Below, one piece after another: positions 16,992 through 27,198 of a DNA stretch of 64,000 nt. The position numbers were made by a program, and so were the translations under genes. The notes beneath the pieces were generated by a model, which had not been told where the DNA came from, searched no databases, and saw only the letters and a list, made by a program, of their open reading frames with translations. Positions within the stretch are counted from its first letter, which is position 1; every line of letters starts with the position of its first letter. Location: the NCBI GenBank assembly GCA_017999615.1, contig JAGNLM010000003.1, positions 166,793 to 230,792 on the forward strand, written 5' to 3'. The stretch comes from Gammaproteobacteria bacterium (GTDB lineage Bacteria > Pseudomonadota > Gammaproteobacteria > JAABTG01).

Positions 16992-17069
16992 ATGTTCAGG
17001 GCGAAAATTCAGTTCGACCCCTTTTCCCGCCCCTTTTCCCGCCCCGGATATTCAGTTCGACCCCTTTTC
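16956..17069. repeat. Composite cluster of the GGGGTCGAA(CTGAAT) palindromic repeat family (REP/BIME-like)
   Basis: Tandem ATCGAAAAGGGGTCC/ATCGAAAAGGGGTCG (16956-16985). Forward arm GAAAAGGGGTCGAACTGAAT (16974-16993). Two exact reverse-complement arms ATTCAGTTCGACCCCTTTTC (17007-17026, 17050-17069). Tandem CCCCTTTTCCCG x2 (17018-17041). Confidence 0.85.
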
Positions 17070-17096
17070 TAAAGTTTGCCCCCCCGGGCCCGCTAG

Positions 17097-18014
17097 ATGA
17101 GCAACATCTGGAGGGCTTGGGCGATGCGGGTTGCGACGGGGCTGGGGGCAGAGAGCGAGCCGGCGGCAGAGGGTGGCGGGGTGCCGGGTCTCGGCTCCGA
17201 CGCGCTCGCGCGGCTGCTCGAGGCGCTTCCCATCGGCGTGGGGCTACAGGACCCGGAGGGGCGCTTCTTCTGGGTCAACCCGGTCCTCGTGCGCCAGCTC
17301 GGCATGCCGGCCGAGCAGATCCTCGGGCACACCCTGGACACGCTGCCGCTCGAGCGCCTGATGCGCGACGACGGCCTGCACCTGTACCACGTCCCGCGGG
17401 TCGTGCAGGGGCGGTCCGAATGGCTGGTGGTGACGGGAGTCTGGCTGCCGGAGAACGGCAGCGGCGGGCTGCGCGTCTCGCTCTTCGAGGACGTCACCCA
17501 GACCGAGCGTTTCCGGCGCCAGGTGGACCGCCTGCAGCAGGCGCTGCACGGGCAGGTCTCCACCGACGAGCTGACCGGGCTCCTGAACCGGCGAGGCCTG
17601 ATGAGCCAGCTCGAGGCCCAGGTCTCCCGCAGCCGGCGCTACCACAACGTGCTGTCGGTGCTCGTGATGCGCCTGCACTGCCTCGACGGCCGCGCAGAGG
17701 CCCCGAGCGAAGAGACGGTGACCACGGTGGCGCGCCTGCTGCGCGACCAGACCCGCTGGCCGGACATCATCGGCCGGTGGGACGAGCGGGACTTCGTGCT
17801 GGTGTTGCCGGAGACCTCAGCGGAGTCCGCGCAGCGGCTCACCGACAAGCTCCGCCACCACATCGCCGAGCTGCCCCCGGTGGACGGGGCCGAGGACAGG
17901 ACCTGGGCCGTGGACTTCGGGATCTCCGAGTGGGAGAAGGGCGACAGCGCCCAGACCCTGGTGGACAAGGCGGCCGCTACGGCGGCTGGGCGTCAGTCTT
18001 CCAGGATCTCGTAG
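17097..18014 (+). CDS. PAS-GGDEF protein with degenerate active site
   Basis: PAS-like N-terminal half (LLEALPIGVGLQDPEGRFFWVNP). GGDEF-domain scaffold DELTGLLNRRG...IGRWDERDFVLVLPET, with DERDF in place of GG[DE]EF and RLHCLDG in place of DxDxFKxxND. Confidence 0.8.
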   Translation: MSNIWRAWAMRVATGLGAESEPAAEGGGVPGLGSDALARLLEALPIGVGLQDPEGRFFWVNPVLVRQLGMPAEQILGHTLDTLPLERLMRDDGLHLYHVPRVVQGRSEWLVVTGVWLPENGSGGLRVSLFEDVTQTERFRRQVDRLQQALHGQVSTDELTGLLNRRGLMSQLEAQVSRSRRYHNVLSVLVMRLHCLDGRAEAPSEETVTTVARLLRDQTRWPDIIGRWDERDFVLVLPETSAESAQRLTDKLRHHIAELPPVDGAEDRTWAVDFGISEWEKGDSAQTLVDKAAATAAGRQSSRIS

Positions 18015-18409
18015 TCGTGAGACATCTCCGCGGTCTTCCCCAGCATCATCGAGGCCGAGCAGTACTTGTGCGCGGAGAGATCGACCGCGCGCTTGACGTG
18101 GGCCTCCGCGAGCCCCTTGCCGCGGATGCGGTAGTGGACGCGGATGCGGGTGAAGACTTTCGGGTGATCCGTGGCGCGCTCGGCGTCGACGAGGACCTCG
18201 CAGTCGGTTACCGGCTGGCGGGCCTTCTTTAGGATGAGGAGGACGTCGAACGCCGTGCAGCCGCCCATCCCCACCAGCAGCATCTCCATCGGGCGCATGC
18301 CGCGGTTGTTGCCGCCGTTGTCCACCGCGGCGTCCATCACTACGGCGTGGCCGCTGTCGGCCTCGCCCACGAAGGTGATGTCCTCGACCCACTTCACCCG
18401 CGCCTTCAT
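17993..18409 (-). CDS. osmC: OsmC-family peroxiredoxin
   Basis: [19 protein letters not shown]...[12 protein letters not shown]. Shows the two conserved Cys contexts of OsmC/Ohr. Confidence 0.85.
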   Translation of the reverse strand: MKARVKWVEDITFVGEADSGHAVVMDAAVDNGGNNRGMRPMEMLLVGMGGCTAFDVLLILKKARQPVTDCEVLVDAERATDHPKVFTRIRVHYRIRGKGLAEAHVKRAVDLSAHKYCSASMMLGKTAEMSHDYEILED

Positions 18410-18553
18410 CGGAAGCCTCCCATGAGCACTCCTGAATCCAGGTTACCACGGTTCGACAAGGGGACGCGCTTTGCCTATCCTTCGGGAGCGAGACCGTTAC
18501 AGCGAGGCTTGCCCCCGGTGAGCTCCAAGCTCAATCTCCCGGCGTCGTTGCGG

Positions 18554-19171
18554 ATGCGGCTGACGCCGGAATTCGAGAAATTCCTGGATCAGAGTCATCG
18601 CCGCATCTACCCGCCGAAGAGCGTCATCATCAACGCCGGTGACGTCTCGAACGACCTTTTCTATATCGTCCGCGGGTCGGTGAGCGTCCTCATCGAGGAC
18701 GACAATGGCCGCGAGATGGTGCTCGCCTATCTGAACGAGGGCGATTTCTTCGGCGAGATCGGGCTCTTCGACGAGGAGCGCCGCAGGAGTGCGTGGGTGC
18801 GGGCGCGCACCCGCTGCGAGGTCGCGCAGATCAGCTACGAGAAGCTGCAGGAGCTCTTCAAGGGCTCCTGCGAGGTGCTCTTCCGGATCGCCTCGCAGCT
18901 CGCGCTGCGCCTGCGCAACACGAGCCGCAAGGTGGGCGACCTGGCCTTCCTCGACGTGTCGGGGCGCGTGGCCCGCGTGCTGCTCGAACTGTGCAAGCAG
19001 CCCGACGCCATGACCCACCCGGACGGCATGCAGATCCGCGTCACCCGCCAGGAGCTCGGCCGGATCGCCGGCTGCTCGCGGGAGATGGTCGGCCGCGTCC
19101 TGAAGGACCTCGAGGAGCGCAACCTCATCTGGGCCAAGGGCAAGACGCTCGTGGTCTACGGCACCCGGTAG
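18554..19171 (+). CDS. crp: cAMP receptor protein CRP/Vfr
   Basis: Near-colinear with E. coli CRP and P. aeruginosa Vfr: [85 protein letters not shown]. An alternative GTG start at 18518 is possible. Confidence 0.9.
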   Translation: MRLTPEFEKFLDQSHRRIYPPKSVIINAGDVSNDLFYIVRGSVSVLIEDDNGREMVLAYLNEGDFFGEIGLFDEERRRSAWVRARTRCEVAQISYEKLQELFKGSCEVLFRIASQLALRLRNTSRKVGDLAFLDVSGRVARVLLELCKQPDAMTHPDGMQIRVTRQELGRIAGCSREMVGRVLKDLEERNLIWAKGKTLVVYGTR

Positions 19172-19971
19172 GGCGAGCCGAAAAGCTTCTGGAGCTTCTC
19201 GCCGGGCTCCGGGGCGCGCATGAAGGCCTCGCCCACGAGGAAGGCGTGCACGCCGCCGACGCGCAGGTGGGCGACGTCCTCGCGGGTGTGCACACCGCTC
19301 TCCGTCACCAGCAGCCGGTCGGCCGGGACGAGCGCCCTCAGGCGCAGCGTCGTCTCGAGGTCCGTGCGGAAGGTGCGCAGGTCCCGGTTGTTGACGCCGA
19401 TGAGGGGGGCGTCGACGGCGAGCGCCCGGTCCAGCTCCTCCTCGTCGTGCACCTCCACCAGCACGTCCATGTCCAGGTGCGCGGCGAGCCCGGCGAGCTC
19501 GCGCAGCTGCGCGTCGCCGAGCGCCGCGACGATGAGGAGCACGCAGTCGGCCCCGATGGCGCGGGCCTCGTACACCTGGTATTCGTCGACGACGAAGTCC
19601 TTGCGCAGGACCGGGAGGCCGCAGGCGGCCCGGGCCGCGACGAGGTGTTCGTCGGCGCCCTGGAAGAACTCGCGGTCGGTCAGCACCGAGAGGCACGCGG
19701 CGCCGCCCGCCTCGTAGCTGCGGGCGATCGCGGCCGGGTCGAAGTGCGCCCGGATCACGCCCGCGCTCGGCGAGGCCTTCTTGACCTCGGCGATGACGCC
19801 CGCGCGTCCGGCGCCGATGGCCTCGCGCAGCGCATGGGCGAAGGGGCGGACCGGCGCAGCCTGCTCGACGCGCCGGCCGAGCTCGCGCAGGGGGACCCGC
19901 TCGGCCCGCTCGGCGACCTCGCCGGCCTTGTGGGCGAGGATGCGGCGCAGGACGTCGGTGTGCTCAGCCAC
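19156..19971 (-). CDS. trpC: Indole-3-glycerol phosphate synthase
   Basis: GTG 19971. [44 protein letters not shown]. Confidence 0.9.
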   Translation of the reverse strand: MAEHTDVLRRILAHKAGEVAERAERVPLRELGRRVEQAAPVRPFAHALREAIGAGRAGVIAEVKKASPSAGVIRAHFDPAAIARSYEAGGAACLSVLTDREFFQGADEHLVAARAACGLPVLRKDFVVDEYQVYEARAIGADCVLLIVAALGDAQLRELAGLAAHLDMDVLVEVHDEEELDRALAVDAPLIGVNNRDLRTFRTDLETTLRLRALVPADRLLVTESGVHTREDVAHLRVGGVHAFLVGEAFMRAPEPGEKLQKLFGSPYRVP

Positions 19972-20002
19972 GGGTCTCAGCCAAGGGTGTCTGCCTCGGG
20001 CT

Positions 20003-21049
20003 TCAGCCGCGGGCCGCGGCCGGCTGCCACCGGCGCGTGAACGCGGCGAGCTCGTCGACCTTCGCGCGGGCGGCGCCGCTCGCGATGGTGGCGCGGGCGA
20101 GCTCGATGCCCTCCGCGATGGAGGCGGCGCGATTGGCCGTGTAGAGCGCGGTGCCGGCGTTGAGGACCACGATCTCGCGCGCCGGGCCTTCGCGGTTCTC
20201 GAGCGCATCCAGCACCATGGCGCGGGACTCCGCGGGGCTCGCGACCTTGAGCTGGCGGTTCGAGACCATGCGCAGCCCGAAGTCCTCGGGGTGGATCTCG
20301 TACTCGCGGATCTCTCCGTCCTTCAGCTCGCCGACCATCGTCGCGGCGCCGAGCGAGACCTCGTCCATCCCGTCCCGCCCCCACACCACCAGCACGTGAT
20401 CGGCGCCGAGGCGCTGCATCACGCGCACCTGGATCCCGACCAGGTCCGGGTGGAACACGCCCATCAGGGTGTTCGGGGCCCCGGCGGGGTTGGTGAGGGG
20501 GCCGAGGATGTTGAAGATGGTGCGCACGCCCATCTCCCGGCGCACCGCGGCCACGTTCTTCATCGCGCTGTGGTGCAGCGGCGCGAACATGAAGCCGATG
20601 CCGAGCTCCTCGATGCAGGTGGCCACCTGCTCGGGGGTCAGCTGGATGTTGACGCCGAGGGCCTCGAGGGCGTCGGCGCTGCCGGAGGTGGAGGAGACGC
20701 TGCGGTTGCCGTGCTTGGCGACGCGGGCCCCGGCCGCGGCGACGACGAACATCGAGGCGGTGGAGATGTTGAACGTGTGCGAGCTGTCGCCGCCGGTGCC
20801 GACGATGTCCACGAGGTCGGAGTGCGGCGGTACCGGGACCCGCGTCACCAGGTCGCGCATCACCCGCGCGGCGGCGCTGATCTCGTCGATGGTCTCCTTC
20901 TTGACCCGCAGGCCGGTCAGGATGGCCGCGGTCATGACCGGCGAGAGCTCGCCGTTCATGATCTGGCGCATCAGCGAGAGCATCTCGTCATAGAAGATCT
21001 CGCGGTGGTCGATGGTGCGCTGCAGTGCCTCCTGGGGGGTGATCGCCAT
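20003..21049 (-). CDS. trpD: Anthranilate phosphoribosyltransferase
   Basis: [38 protein letters not shown]. Confidence 0.95.
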   Translation of the reverse strand: MAITPQEALQRTIDHREIFYDEMLSLMRQIMNGELSPVMTAAILTGLRVKKETIDEISAAARVMRDLVTRVPVPPHSDLVDIVGTGGDSSHTFNISTASMFVVAAAGARVAKHGNRSVSSTSGSADALEALGVNIQLTPEQVATCIEELGIGFMFAPLHHSAMKNVAAVRREMGVRTIFNILGPLTNPAGAPNTLMGVFHPDLVGIQVRVMQRLGADHVLVVWGRDGMDEVSLGAATMVGELKDGEIREYEIHPEDFGLRMVSNRQLKVASPAESRAMVLDALENREGPAREIVVLNAGTALYTANRAASIAEGIELARATIASGAARAKVDELAAFTRRWQPAAARG

Positions 21050-21061
21050 CGGGGCCTCCTC

Positions 21062-21646
21062 TCAGCGATGCGGCTCGAGAAAATTGCGCAGGATGTCGTG
21101 GCCGTGCTCGGTCAGGATCGATTCGGGGTGGAACTGCACGCCCTCGATCGGGAGCTCGCGGTGGCGCACGCCCATGATCTCGTCCACCGCGCCGGCGGTC
21201 TTCTCGGTCCAGGCGGTCACCTCGAGCACGGCGGGCGCGCTCGACTTCTGGATCACGAGGGAGTGGTAGCGCGTGGCGCGGAACGGGCTCTCGATGCCGC
21301 GAAAGACGCCGGCGCCGGTGTGGTGGATGGGCGAGGTCTTGCCGTGCATCAGCTCGCCGGCGTGCACGATGCGCCCGCCGAACACCTGCCCGATGCACTG
21401 GTGCCCGAGGCAGACTCCGAGCAGCGGCACGTGCGGGCCGAAGCGGCGGATCACGTCCATGGACACGCCGGCCTCGTTCGGGGTCGCGGGGCCGGGTGAG
21501 ATCACGATGTGGTGCGGCGCCATCGCCTCGATCTCGGCGAGGGTCACCTCGTCGTTGCGCCGGACCACGACCTCCGCGCCGAGCTCACCCAGGTACTGGA
21601 CCAGGTTGTAGGTGAAGGAGTCGTAGTTGTCGATCATCAGGAGCAT
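21062..21646 (-). CDS. trpG: Anthranilate synthase component II (glutamine amidotransferase)
   Basis: [33 protein letters not shown]. Confidence 0.9.
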   Translation of the reverse strand: MLLMIDNYDSFTYNLVQYLGELGAEVVVRRNDEVTLAEIEAMAPHHIVISPGPATPNEAGVSMDVIRRFGPHVPLLGVCLGHQCIGQVFGGRIVHAGELMHGKTSPIHHTGAGVFRGIESPFRATRYHSLVIQKSSAPAVLEVTAWTEKTAGAVDEIMGVRHRELPIEGVQFHPESILTEHGHDILRNFLEPHR

Positions 21647-21655
21647 GGGGTTCCC

Positions 21656-23134
21656 TCACTCCAGGCCGGCCTCCGCGGTGGCGACGGCGCGGAAGATCGC
21701 GCGGCCCTTGTTCAGGGTCTCTTCCCACTCCTGGGCGGGGACGGAGTCCGCGACGACGCCGGCACCCACCTGGATGTGCAACTGGCGGTTCTGGATGACG
21801 GCGGTGCGGATCGCGATGGCGGTGTCCATGTCGCCGCGCCAGCTCACGTAGCCGACCGCGCCCGCGTACACCCCGCGCTTGACGGGCTCCAGCTCGTCGA
21901 TGATCTCCATGGACCGCACCTTGGGGGCGCCGCTCACCGTCCCGGCGGGGAAGGTGGCGCGCAGCACGTCGAGCGCGGTGAGCCCGGGCCTGAGGCGTCC
22001 CACCACGTTGGAGACGATGTGCATCACGTGGGAGTAGCGCTCGATGACCATGCGGTCGGTCACCTGGACGCTGCCCACGCGGGCGACGCGGCCCACGTCG
22101 TTGCGCCCGAGGTCGATCAGCATCAGGTGCTCGGCGAGCTCCTTGGGATCGGCGAGGAGCTCGCGCTCGAGCCGCCGGTCCTCTTCGTCCGTCGCCCCGC
22201 GCGGGCGGGTCCCCGCGATGGGCCGCACGGTGACGGTGTCGCCCTCGAGGCGCACCAGGATCTCGGGCGAGGACCCGACGATGTGGAACTCGCCCAGGTT
22301 GAGGAAGAACATGTAGGGCGAGGGGTTCAGCGAGCGCAGCGCCCGGTAGAGGTCGAGCGGGTCGGCCCGGTAGGGCACCGACAGGCGCTGGGAGAGCACT
22401 ACCTGCATGCAGTCGCCGTCGACGATGTAGCGCTCGATGCGCTCCACCGCCGCCTCGAAGCCCGCGCGGGTGAAGCCGGAGACGAAGTCCGTCTCGGCGA
22501 CCCGGCCGCTCGGGGCCGCGGGGGCGTAGGGGGTGGTGCGGGTGCGCAGCCCGTCCACCAGCTCGTCGAGGCGCCCCTGGGCCCGCTCCCAGGCGTCCGG
22601 GCGGGTCGCGTCGGCGTGCACGACCAGGAAGAGCTTGCCCTTCAGGTTGTCGAAGACCAGGACCTTCTCGGACTCCATGAGCAGGATGTCCGGCAGGCCG
22701 AGGGGGTCGGGACGGGTGCTCTCACCGAGGCGTGGCTCGATGTAGCGCACCGTGTCGTAGCCGAAGTAGCCCACCAGCCCACCGGTGAAGCGGGGCAGCT
22801 CCGGGAGGTCCGGGGCGCGGTAGCGGTTGCGGTAGGCGGCGATCCACGCGAGCGGGTCGGGGGTCTCGACCGACTCCAGCACCTGCCGGTCGCGCTCGAG
22901 CCGGACGTGGTGGCCGTGGACCCGGATCCGGGTGCGGCTCGGCAGCCCGATGATCGAGTAGCGGCCCCACTTCTCGCCGCCCTGCACCGACTCGAGCAGG
23001 TAGGAGTAGGGGGCTCCGGCGAGCTTCAGGTAGGTGCTGAGGGGGGTGTCGAGGTCGGCCAGCACCTCGCGGTACACCGGGACCCGGTTGTAGCCCTCGC
23101 GGCCAAGGGCGGCGAAGCGTTCGGGGGTCATCAT
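21656..23134 (-). CDS. trpE: Anthranilate synthase component I
   Basis: [49 protein letters not shown]. Confidence 0.95.
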   Translation of the reverse strand: MMTPERFAALGREGYNRVPVYREVLADLDTPLSTYLKLAGAPYSYLLESVQGGEKWGRYSIIGLPSRTRIRVHGHHVRLERDRQVLESVETPDPLAWIAAYRNRYRAPDLPELPRFTGGLVGYFGYDTVRYIEPRLGESTRPDPLGLPDILLMESEKVLVFDNLKGKLFLVVHADATRPDAWERAQGRLDELVDGLRTRTTPYAPAAPSGRVAETDFVSGFTRAGFEAAVERIERYIVDGDCMQVVLSQRLSVPYRADPLDLYRALRSLNPSPYMFFLNLGEFHIVGSSPEILVRLEGDTVTVRPIAGTRPRGATDEEDRRLERELLADPKELAEHLMLIDLGRNDVGRVARVGSVQVTDRMVIERYSHVMHIVSNVVGRLRPGLTALDVLRATFPAGTVSGAPKVRSMEIIDELEPVKRGVYAGAVGYVSWRGDMDTAIAIRTAVIQNRQLHIQVGAGVVADSVPAQEWEETLNKGRAIFRAVATAEAGLE

Positions 23135-23149
23135 GCCGCCGGCGCCTCG

Positions 23150-23875
23150 TCAGTCCAGCAGGTCGCGAAGCTCGTACAGGGAATCGATCACCGCGTCGGG
23201 CTCGGAGTCCCGGATGTCGAGCCCGTGGTTGTACCCGTAGCTGACGCACACGACGGCGAAGCCGGCCGCGCGCGCGGCCTTCACGTCGACCGAGGAGTCC
23301 CCGACCATGAGCGAGGCCTGCGGCGCGACGGCGAAGTACTGGGCGACGTAGAGCAGCGGCATCGGGTCGGGCTTCTGCTCGGGCAGCGTGTCGCCGCTCA
23401 CCACGAGCGCGAAGTACGGGGCGATGCCGAGCTTCTCCAGCAGGGGCTCGGTGAACTGGGCCGGCTTGTTGGTGACGCAGCCGAGCTTGTAGCCCCGCTC
23501 CCGGAGCAGGTCCAGGGTCTCGCGCACACTCGGGTACAGCTGGCTGCGCTGGGTGGTGTTCTCCAGGTAGGCGGCGAGAAAGAGCGGCATGGCCCGCTCG
23601 AAGAGCTCCACCTCCGGCTCGCCCTCGAGGCTCCCGGTGAGGGCGCGCTTGACCAGGCGCTCCACGCCATTGCCCACCCAGGCGCGCACGCGGCTCTCGC
23701 CGCACGGGGGCAGACCGAGCTGCTCCATCATGCGGTCCACGGAGAACGCCAGGTCGGGAACGCTGTCGACCAGGGTGCCGTCGACGTCGATCAGCACCAT
23801 GGCGGGGCGCCGGGGGATCCCGCGCAGGGCGGGTGCCGCGGTCGCGGAAGGGGCGACGGGGCCGTCTTCGCTCAT
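23150..23875 (-). CDS. gph: Phosphoglycolate phosphatase (HAD family)
   Basis: VLIDVDGTLVDS, VTNKP, MVGDSSVDVKAARAAG. A later ATG (MVLID) is an alternative start. Confidence 0.85.
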   Translation of the reverse strand: MSEDGPVAPSATAAPALRGIPRRPAMVLIDVDGTLVDSVPDLAFSVDRMMEQLGLPPCGESRVRAWVGNGVERLVKRALTGSLEGEPEVELFERAMPLFLAAYLENTTQRSQLYPSVRETLDLLRERGYKLGCVTNKPAQFTEPLLEKLGIAPYFALVVSGDTLPEQKPDPMPLLYVAQYFAVAPQASLMVGDSSVDVKAARAAGFAVVCVSYGYNHGLDIRDSEPDAVIDSLYELRDLLD

Positions 23876-23902
23876 GGGGTTCTCGCTGCTCCTCGTGGGG
23901 GC

Positions 23903-24577
23903 TCAGGTCCGGGCGCGGGCGAGCTCCGCCCGCATGGCCCCGACCGTGGCCCGGTAGTCCGGTGTGCCGAAGATGGCCGAGCCCGCGACGAAGGTGTCCG
24001 CGCCCGCCTCGGCGATCCGGCGGATGTTGTCGACCTTCACCCCGCCGTCGACCTCGAGGCGGATGGCGCGCCCGCTCTGCTCGATCATCCTGCGGGCCTC
24101 GCCGAGCTTCGCGAGCGTGGAATCGATGAACTTCTGGCCGCCGAAGCCGGGGTTCACGGACATCAGGAGGATCATGTCCACCTTGTCCATCACGTACTTC
24201 AGGTGATCCAGCGGGGTCGCGGGGTTGAAGACCAGCCCCGACTTGCAGCCCGACTCCCGCACCAGGGCGAGGGAGCGGTCGATGTGCTCGGTCGCCTCCG
24301 GGTGGAAGGTGATGTAGGTCGCGCCGGCCGCAGCGAAGTCCGGGATGATGCGGTCGACCGGCTTCACCATCAGGTGCACGTCGATGGGGGCGCTGACCCC
24401 GTGCTTGCGCAGGGCCGCGCACACGAGCGGCCCGATGGTCAGGTTCGGCACGTAGTGGTTGTCCATCACGTCGAAGTGGACGACGTCGGCACCCGCCGCC
24501 AGCACGCGGTCCACTTCCTCCCCGAGCCTCGCGAAGTCCGCCGACAGGATGGAAGGCGCGATCCAGAAGTCCGTCAT
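23903..24577 (-). CDS. rpe: Ribulose-phosphate 3-epimerase
   Basis: ATG 24577 gives [41 protein letters not shown]. Confidence 0.9.
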   Translation of the reverse strand: MTDFWIAPSILSADFARLGEEVDRVLAAGADVVHFDVMDNHYVPNLTIGPLVCAALRKHGVSAPIDVHLMVKPVDRIIPDFAAAGATYITFHPEATEHIDRSLALVRESGCKSGLVFNPATPLDHLKYVMDKVDMILLMSVNPGFGGQKFIDSTLAKLGEARRMIEQSGRAIRLEVDGGVKVDNIRRIAEAGADTFVAGSAIFGTPDYRATVGAMRAELARART

Positions 24578-24730
24578 GCTCACCGTCCCCTGCAGGCAGG
24601 AATCGGCCCGTTCACGCACGCCGAAGGCTCAAGGGTACCGGAACGGGTGGGCTTTTTCAGCCCCGCGGGGCGGGGGGCTCGCGCGGTGGGGGCTGGCGCG
24701 GCGGTGGCGTGGCCCGCGGGGCGACGCGCG

Positions 24731-25354
24731 TCAGCCGGGCGGGCTCTCCACCGGGATCGCGTGCTCGGACGGCTTGCCCACGTCGGCGCCCATCAGTTGG
24801 TGGATCTTGCGCACGTAGTGCCGGGTGATGCGCGGGGCGTACTTCTCGACCCCGACCCAGCGGCTCACGTCGCGGCCCGCGCTCTTCGCCTTGTCGTAGA
24901 CCTGCCGGATGCGCCCCGGGCCGGCGTTGTAGCTCGCGAAGGTGAAGCGCAGCGCCTCCCCGTGGCCCACGCGGCCGTCCCAGTAGTCGTAGTTCTCGCG
25001 GTTGTAGGAGATGCCCGCGGCGATGTTCCAGCGGGCGTCGTGGATCGCGCCGAAGGAGGGGTTCTCGCGCTTGATCGAGGCGTACGTCCGCGGCAGGAGC
25101 TGCATGATCCCCGAGCCGCTCTTGCTGACCGCGTTCGGCTTCAGGCCCGACTCGACGACCCCCTGGGCCTTGAACCAGCGCCAGTCGAAGCCCGGCCCGA
25201 AGTAGCGCTTCGTCCACTTGCGGAACTCATCGTCGTAGCGGTCGGTCCACTCGTCCACGCGTGTCTGCGGCTCTAACGCGGACGCCGCCAGCACCAGCGC
25301 CGGTATCACCACCAGCGCGAGTGCCCATGGCACCCGCCGCAGCCACGGTCGCAC
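24731..25354 (-). CDS. Lytic transglycosylase (SLT domain), exported
   Basis: Signal peptide MRPWLRRVPWALALVVIPALVLAASA. Also VVESGLKPNAVSKSGSGIMQLLPRTY...YNAGPG. Confidence 0.8.
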   Translation of the reverse strand: MRPWLRRVPWALALVVIPALVLAASALEPQTRVDEWTDRYDDEFRKWTKRYFGPGFDWRWFKAQGVVESGLKPNAVSKSGSGIMQLLPRTYASIKRENPSFGAIHDARWNIAAGISYNRENYDYWDGRVGHGEALRFTFASYNAGPGRIRQVYDKAKSAGRDVSRWVGVEKYAPRITRHYVRKIHQLMGADVGKPSEHAIPVESPPG

Positions 25355-25364
25355 CGTCCAGGCC

Positions 25365-25595
25365 TCAGTTCAGGCCCATGCCGATGACGAGCCCGAGGCC
25401 CGTCCCGATGCCGATCATTACCCCCATGAGCCAGAGGCCCACTGCCTGGTTGCCCTTGGCGAGCTCGTCTCCGATGTCGAAGGTCACGAGGTGATTGAAG
25501 ATCTTACATCCGAGCCACATGAAGAACAGGGTCAGCAGCCCCCCCATCAGGGCATAGAGGAAATTCAGGAAGATGGGGTCGATCGTCGTGCTCAT
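25365..25595 (-). CDS. DUF350-family small membrane protein
   Basis: 76 aa with two TM segments around DIGDELAKGNQAVG. Confidence 0.65.
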   Translation of the reverse strand: MSTTIDPIFLNFLYALMGGLLTLFFMWLGCKIFNHLVTFDIGDELAKGNQAVGLWLMGVMIGIGTGLGLVIGMGLN

Positions 25596-25845
25596 GTCGG
25601 TGCGGGTCCCGGGGAGAGTTAGCCCAGTTAAGGTTAGGTGTTCGCGGGGCTCAGCTCAAGGCGCCAGCGCGCCGATTGCCGACGGCTGCCAGATTTCCCG
25701 CAACATCCATCCGTTGCGGTGGGCGCGTCGCGCGGGTGGCGCAGGCCGGGCCGGGCCCGCGCGTTGGCGCCGGGGGCCGTTTGACCCATAATTCCGTTTA
25801 TCGGAACGGGGCTCCGACTTATCGCCCCGCGAGCGGCGGTGTGGC

Positions 25846-26754
25846 ATGGGCGACCGCAGACTTCAGGTGTTCCACACGGTGGCGCGGCTCCTCAGCTTCA
25901 CCAAGGCGGCCGAGGCCCTGCACATGACCCAGCCTGCCGTGACCTTCCAGGTCCGGCAGCTCGAGGGGCATTTCGACACCCGCCTGTTCGACCGCACCCA
26001 CAACCGCATCGGCCTGACCGAGGCGGGGCGGCGGGTGTACGAGTACGCGGAACGGATCTCCCGCCTCTACGAGGAGATGGACGGGGCGGTGCGGGAGCTC
26101 ACCGGTGACGCTGGCGGGACCCTTCTCATCGGCGCGAGCAACACCATCGCCGAATACATGCTCCCGGCCCTGCTGGGCGACTTCAAGGCAAGCCACCCCG
26201 AGGTGGGCATCCGGCTCCGGGTCTCGAACACCGAGGCGGTGGTCGCGATGGTCGAGGGCAACGAGGTCGACCTCGGCGTCGTGGAGGCCCCGGTCCCGAA
26301 CCGCGGCCTCGTGGTGGAGCTCTGCCGCGTCGACGAGCTGGTCGCGGTGACCGCGCCCGGGCACCCCCTCGCCGGCAAGGAGCGGGTCGCGGTGGCCGAG
26401 CTGCTGGAATACCCCTACATCGCCCGGGAGGAGGGCTCGGGCACGCGCGAGGTGGTGCAGGAGTACCTCGAGGCCGCGGGGGTGGCGTCCAGCGGGGTCG
26501 ACACGGTCATGGAGCTCGGGAGCCCCGAGGCCGTGAAAGGCGCCGTGGAGGCGGGGATGGGGGTCGCGGTCCTCTCGCGCACGACCATCCAGAAGGAGCT
26601 GCGCCTGGGGACGCTGGTAGCCATCCCCCTTGACCCGCCGCTCGAGCGGCCGTTCTCGTTCGTGCACCAGAAGCAGAAGTTCCGCCTCCGGGCGATGGTG
26701 GAGCTGCTCAATTTCGCCAGCGCCTACTGCAGCACGCACCAGCGGGCGGGCTGA
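25846..26754 (+). CDS. LysR-family transcriptional regulator
   Basis: RRLQVFHTVARLLSFTKAAEALHMTQPAVTFQVRQLE (wHTH) plus a substrate-binding domain. Confidence 0.85.
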   Translation: MGDRRLQVFHTVARLLSFTKAAEALHMTQPAVTFQVRQLEGHFDTRLFDRTHNRIGLTEAGRRVYEYAERISRLYEEMDGAVRELTGDAGGTLLIGASNTIAEYMLPALLGDFKASHPEVGIRLRVSNTEAVVAMVEGNEVDLGVVEAPVPNRGLVVELCRVDELVAVTAPGHPLAGKERVAVAELLEYPYIAREEGSGTREVVQEYLEAAGVASSGVDTVMELGSPEAVKGAVEAGMGVAVLSRTTIQKELRLGTLVAIPLDPPLERPFSFVHQKQKFRLRAMVELLNFASAYCSTHQRAG

Positions 26755-26779
26755 GGCCGGCGGGCCGGCCTGCCTCCGC

Positions 26780-26793
26780 TTGACCTTTATCAA
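26780..26793 (+). promoter_or_regulatory. FNR/Dnr/NnrR-type box
   Basis: TTGACctttATCAA versus consensus TTGAT-N4-ATCAA. It lies 74 nt upstream of ATG 26867, with a TAGAGT -10-like hexamer about 24 nt downstream of the box (class II geometry). Confidence 0.6.
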
Positions 26794-26866
26794 GGCTGGC
26801 CCCGCGCGGGGGTGACTAGAGTCGCGTGCCGAAGCCGCCCCCCGGGCGCAGACCCCCAGGACACGC

Positions 26867-27175
26867 ATGATCGTCGAGCCGGTCGAGGTGCAGGACTTCC
26901 TGCTCGCGGTGATTGCGGGCGCCCTCATCGTGCTGGCGGGCGCGGTCTACGCGCTTGTCTTCGCCATCTCGCGGATCCAGGGCCGCCCGGGCCTGATGCC
27001 GTTCGCCTACGCCGCCTACGCGACGCTCGTGGTGGCGGTGGTGTTCCTCGCGCGGGCAGCGCACTTCAGCGGGTTCTGGACGTTCATCGCCGTGCTGATG
27101 GTGGTGGGGTATCTGCTGGCTCCGCACGGGGTCTGGCGGCTGTGCGTGGGCACGCACCCCGAGGAAGTTCCCTGA
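26867..27175 (+). CDS. Small hydrophobic membrane protein, first gene of the nor cluster
   Basis: 102 aa with three hydrophobic segments. AGGA Shine-Dalgarno. It sits between the Dnr box and norC. Family not recognised. Confidence 0.5.
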   Translation: MIVEPVEVQDFLLAVIAGALIVLAGAVYALVFAISRIQGRPGLMPFAYAAYATLVVAVVFLARAAHFSGFWTFIAVLMVVGYLLAPHGVWRLCVGTHPEEVP

Positions 27176-27198
27176 GCGAAACAGGAGGAGGGCTACGT

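Noticed and set aside
21509-25276. Very long ORFs antisense to, or out of frame with, recognised genes. Examples are 21509-25276 (+, 1255 aa), 4172-6049 (-), 36953-39940 (+), 39865-42732 (+), 54741-57902 (+), 57470-60148 (+) and 7610-9715 (-).
   Set aside because: Their translations are Arg/Gly/Pro/Ala/His-rich low-complexity strings with no recognisable motifs. They overlap genes with unmistakable family signatures (trpE, clpB, pilB, hisS and others). Stop-poor alternative frames are expected in DNA this GC-rich.
25792-25806. TTCCG-N5-CGGAA inverted repeat 40 nt upstream of the LysR gene, considered as an autoregulatory LysR box.
   Set aside because: It is only a 5+5 bp symmetry and does not fit the T-N11-A spacing. 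It is too weak to call without conservation data.
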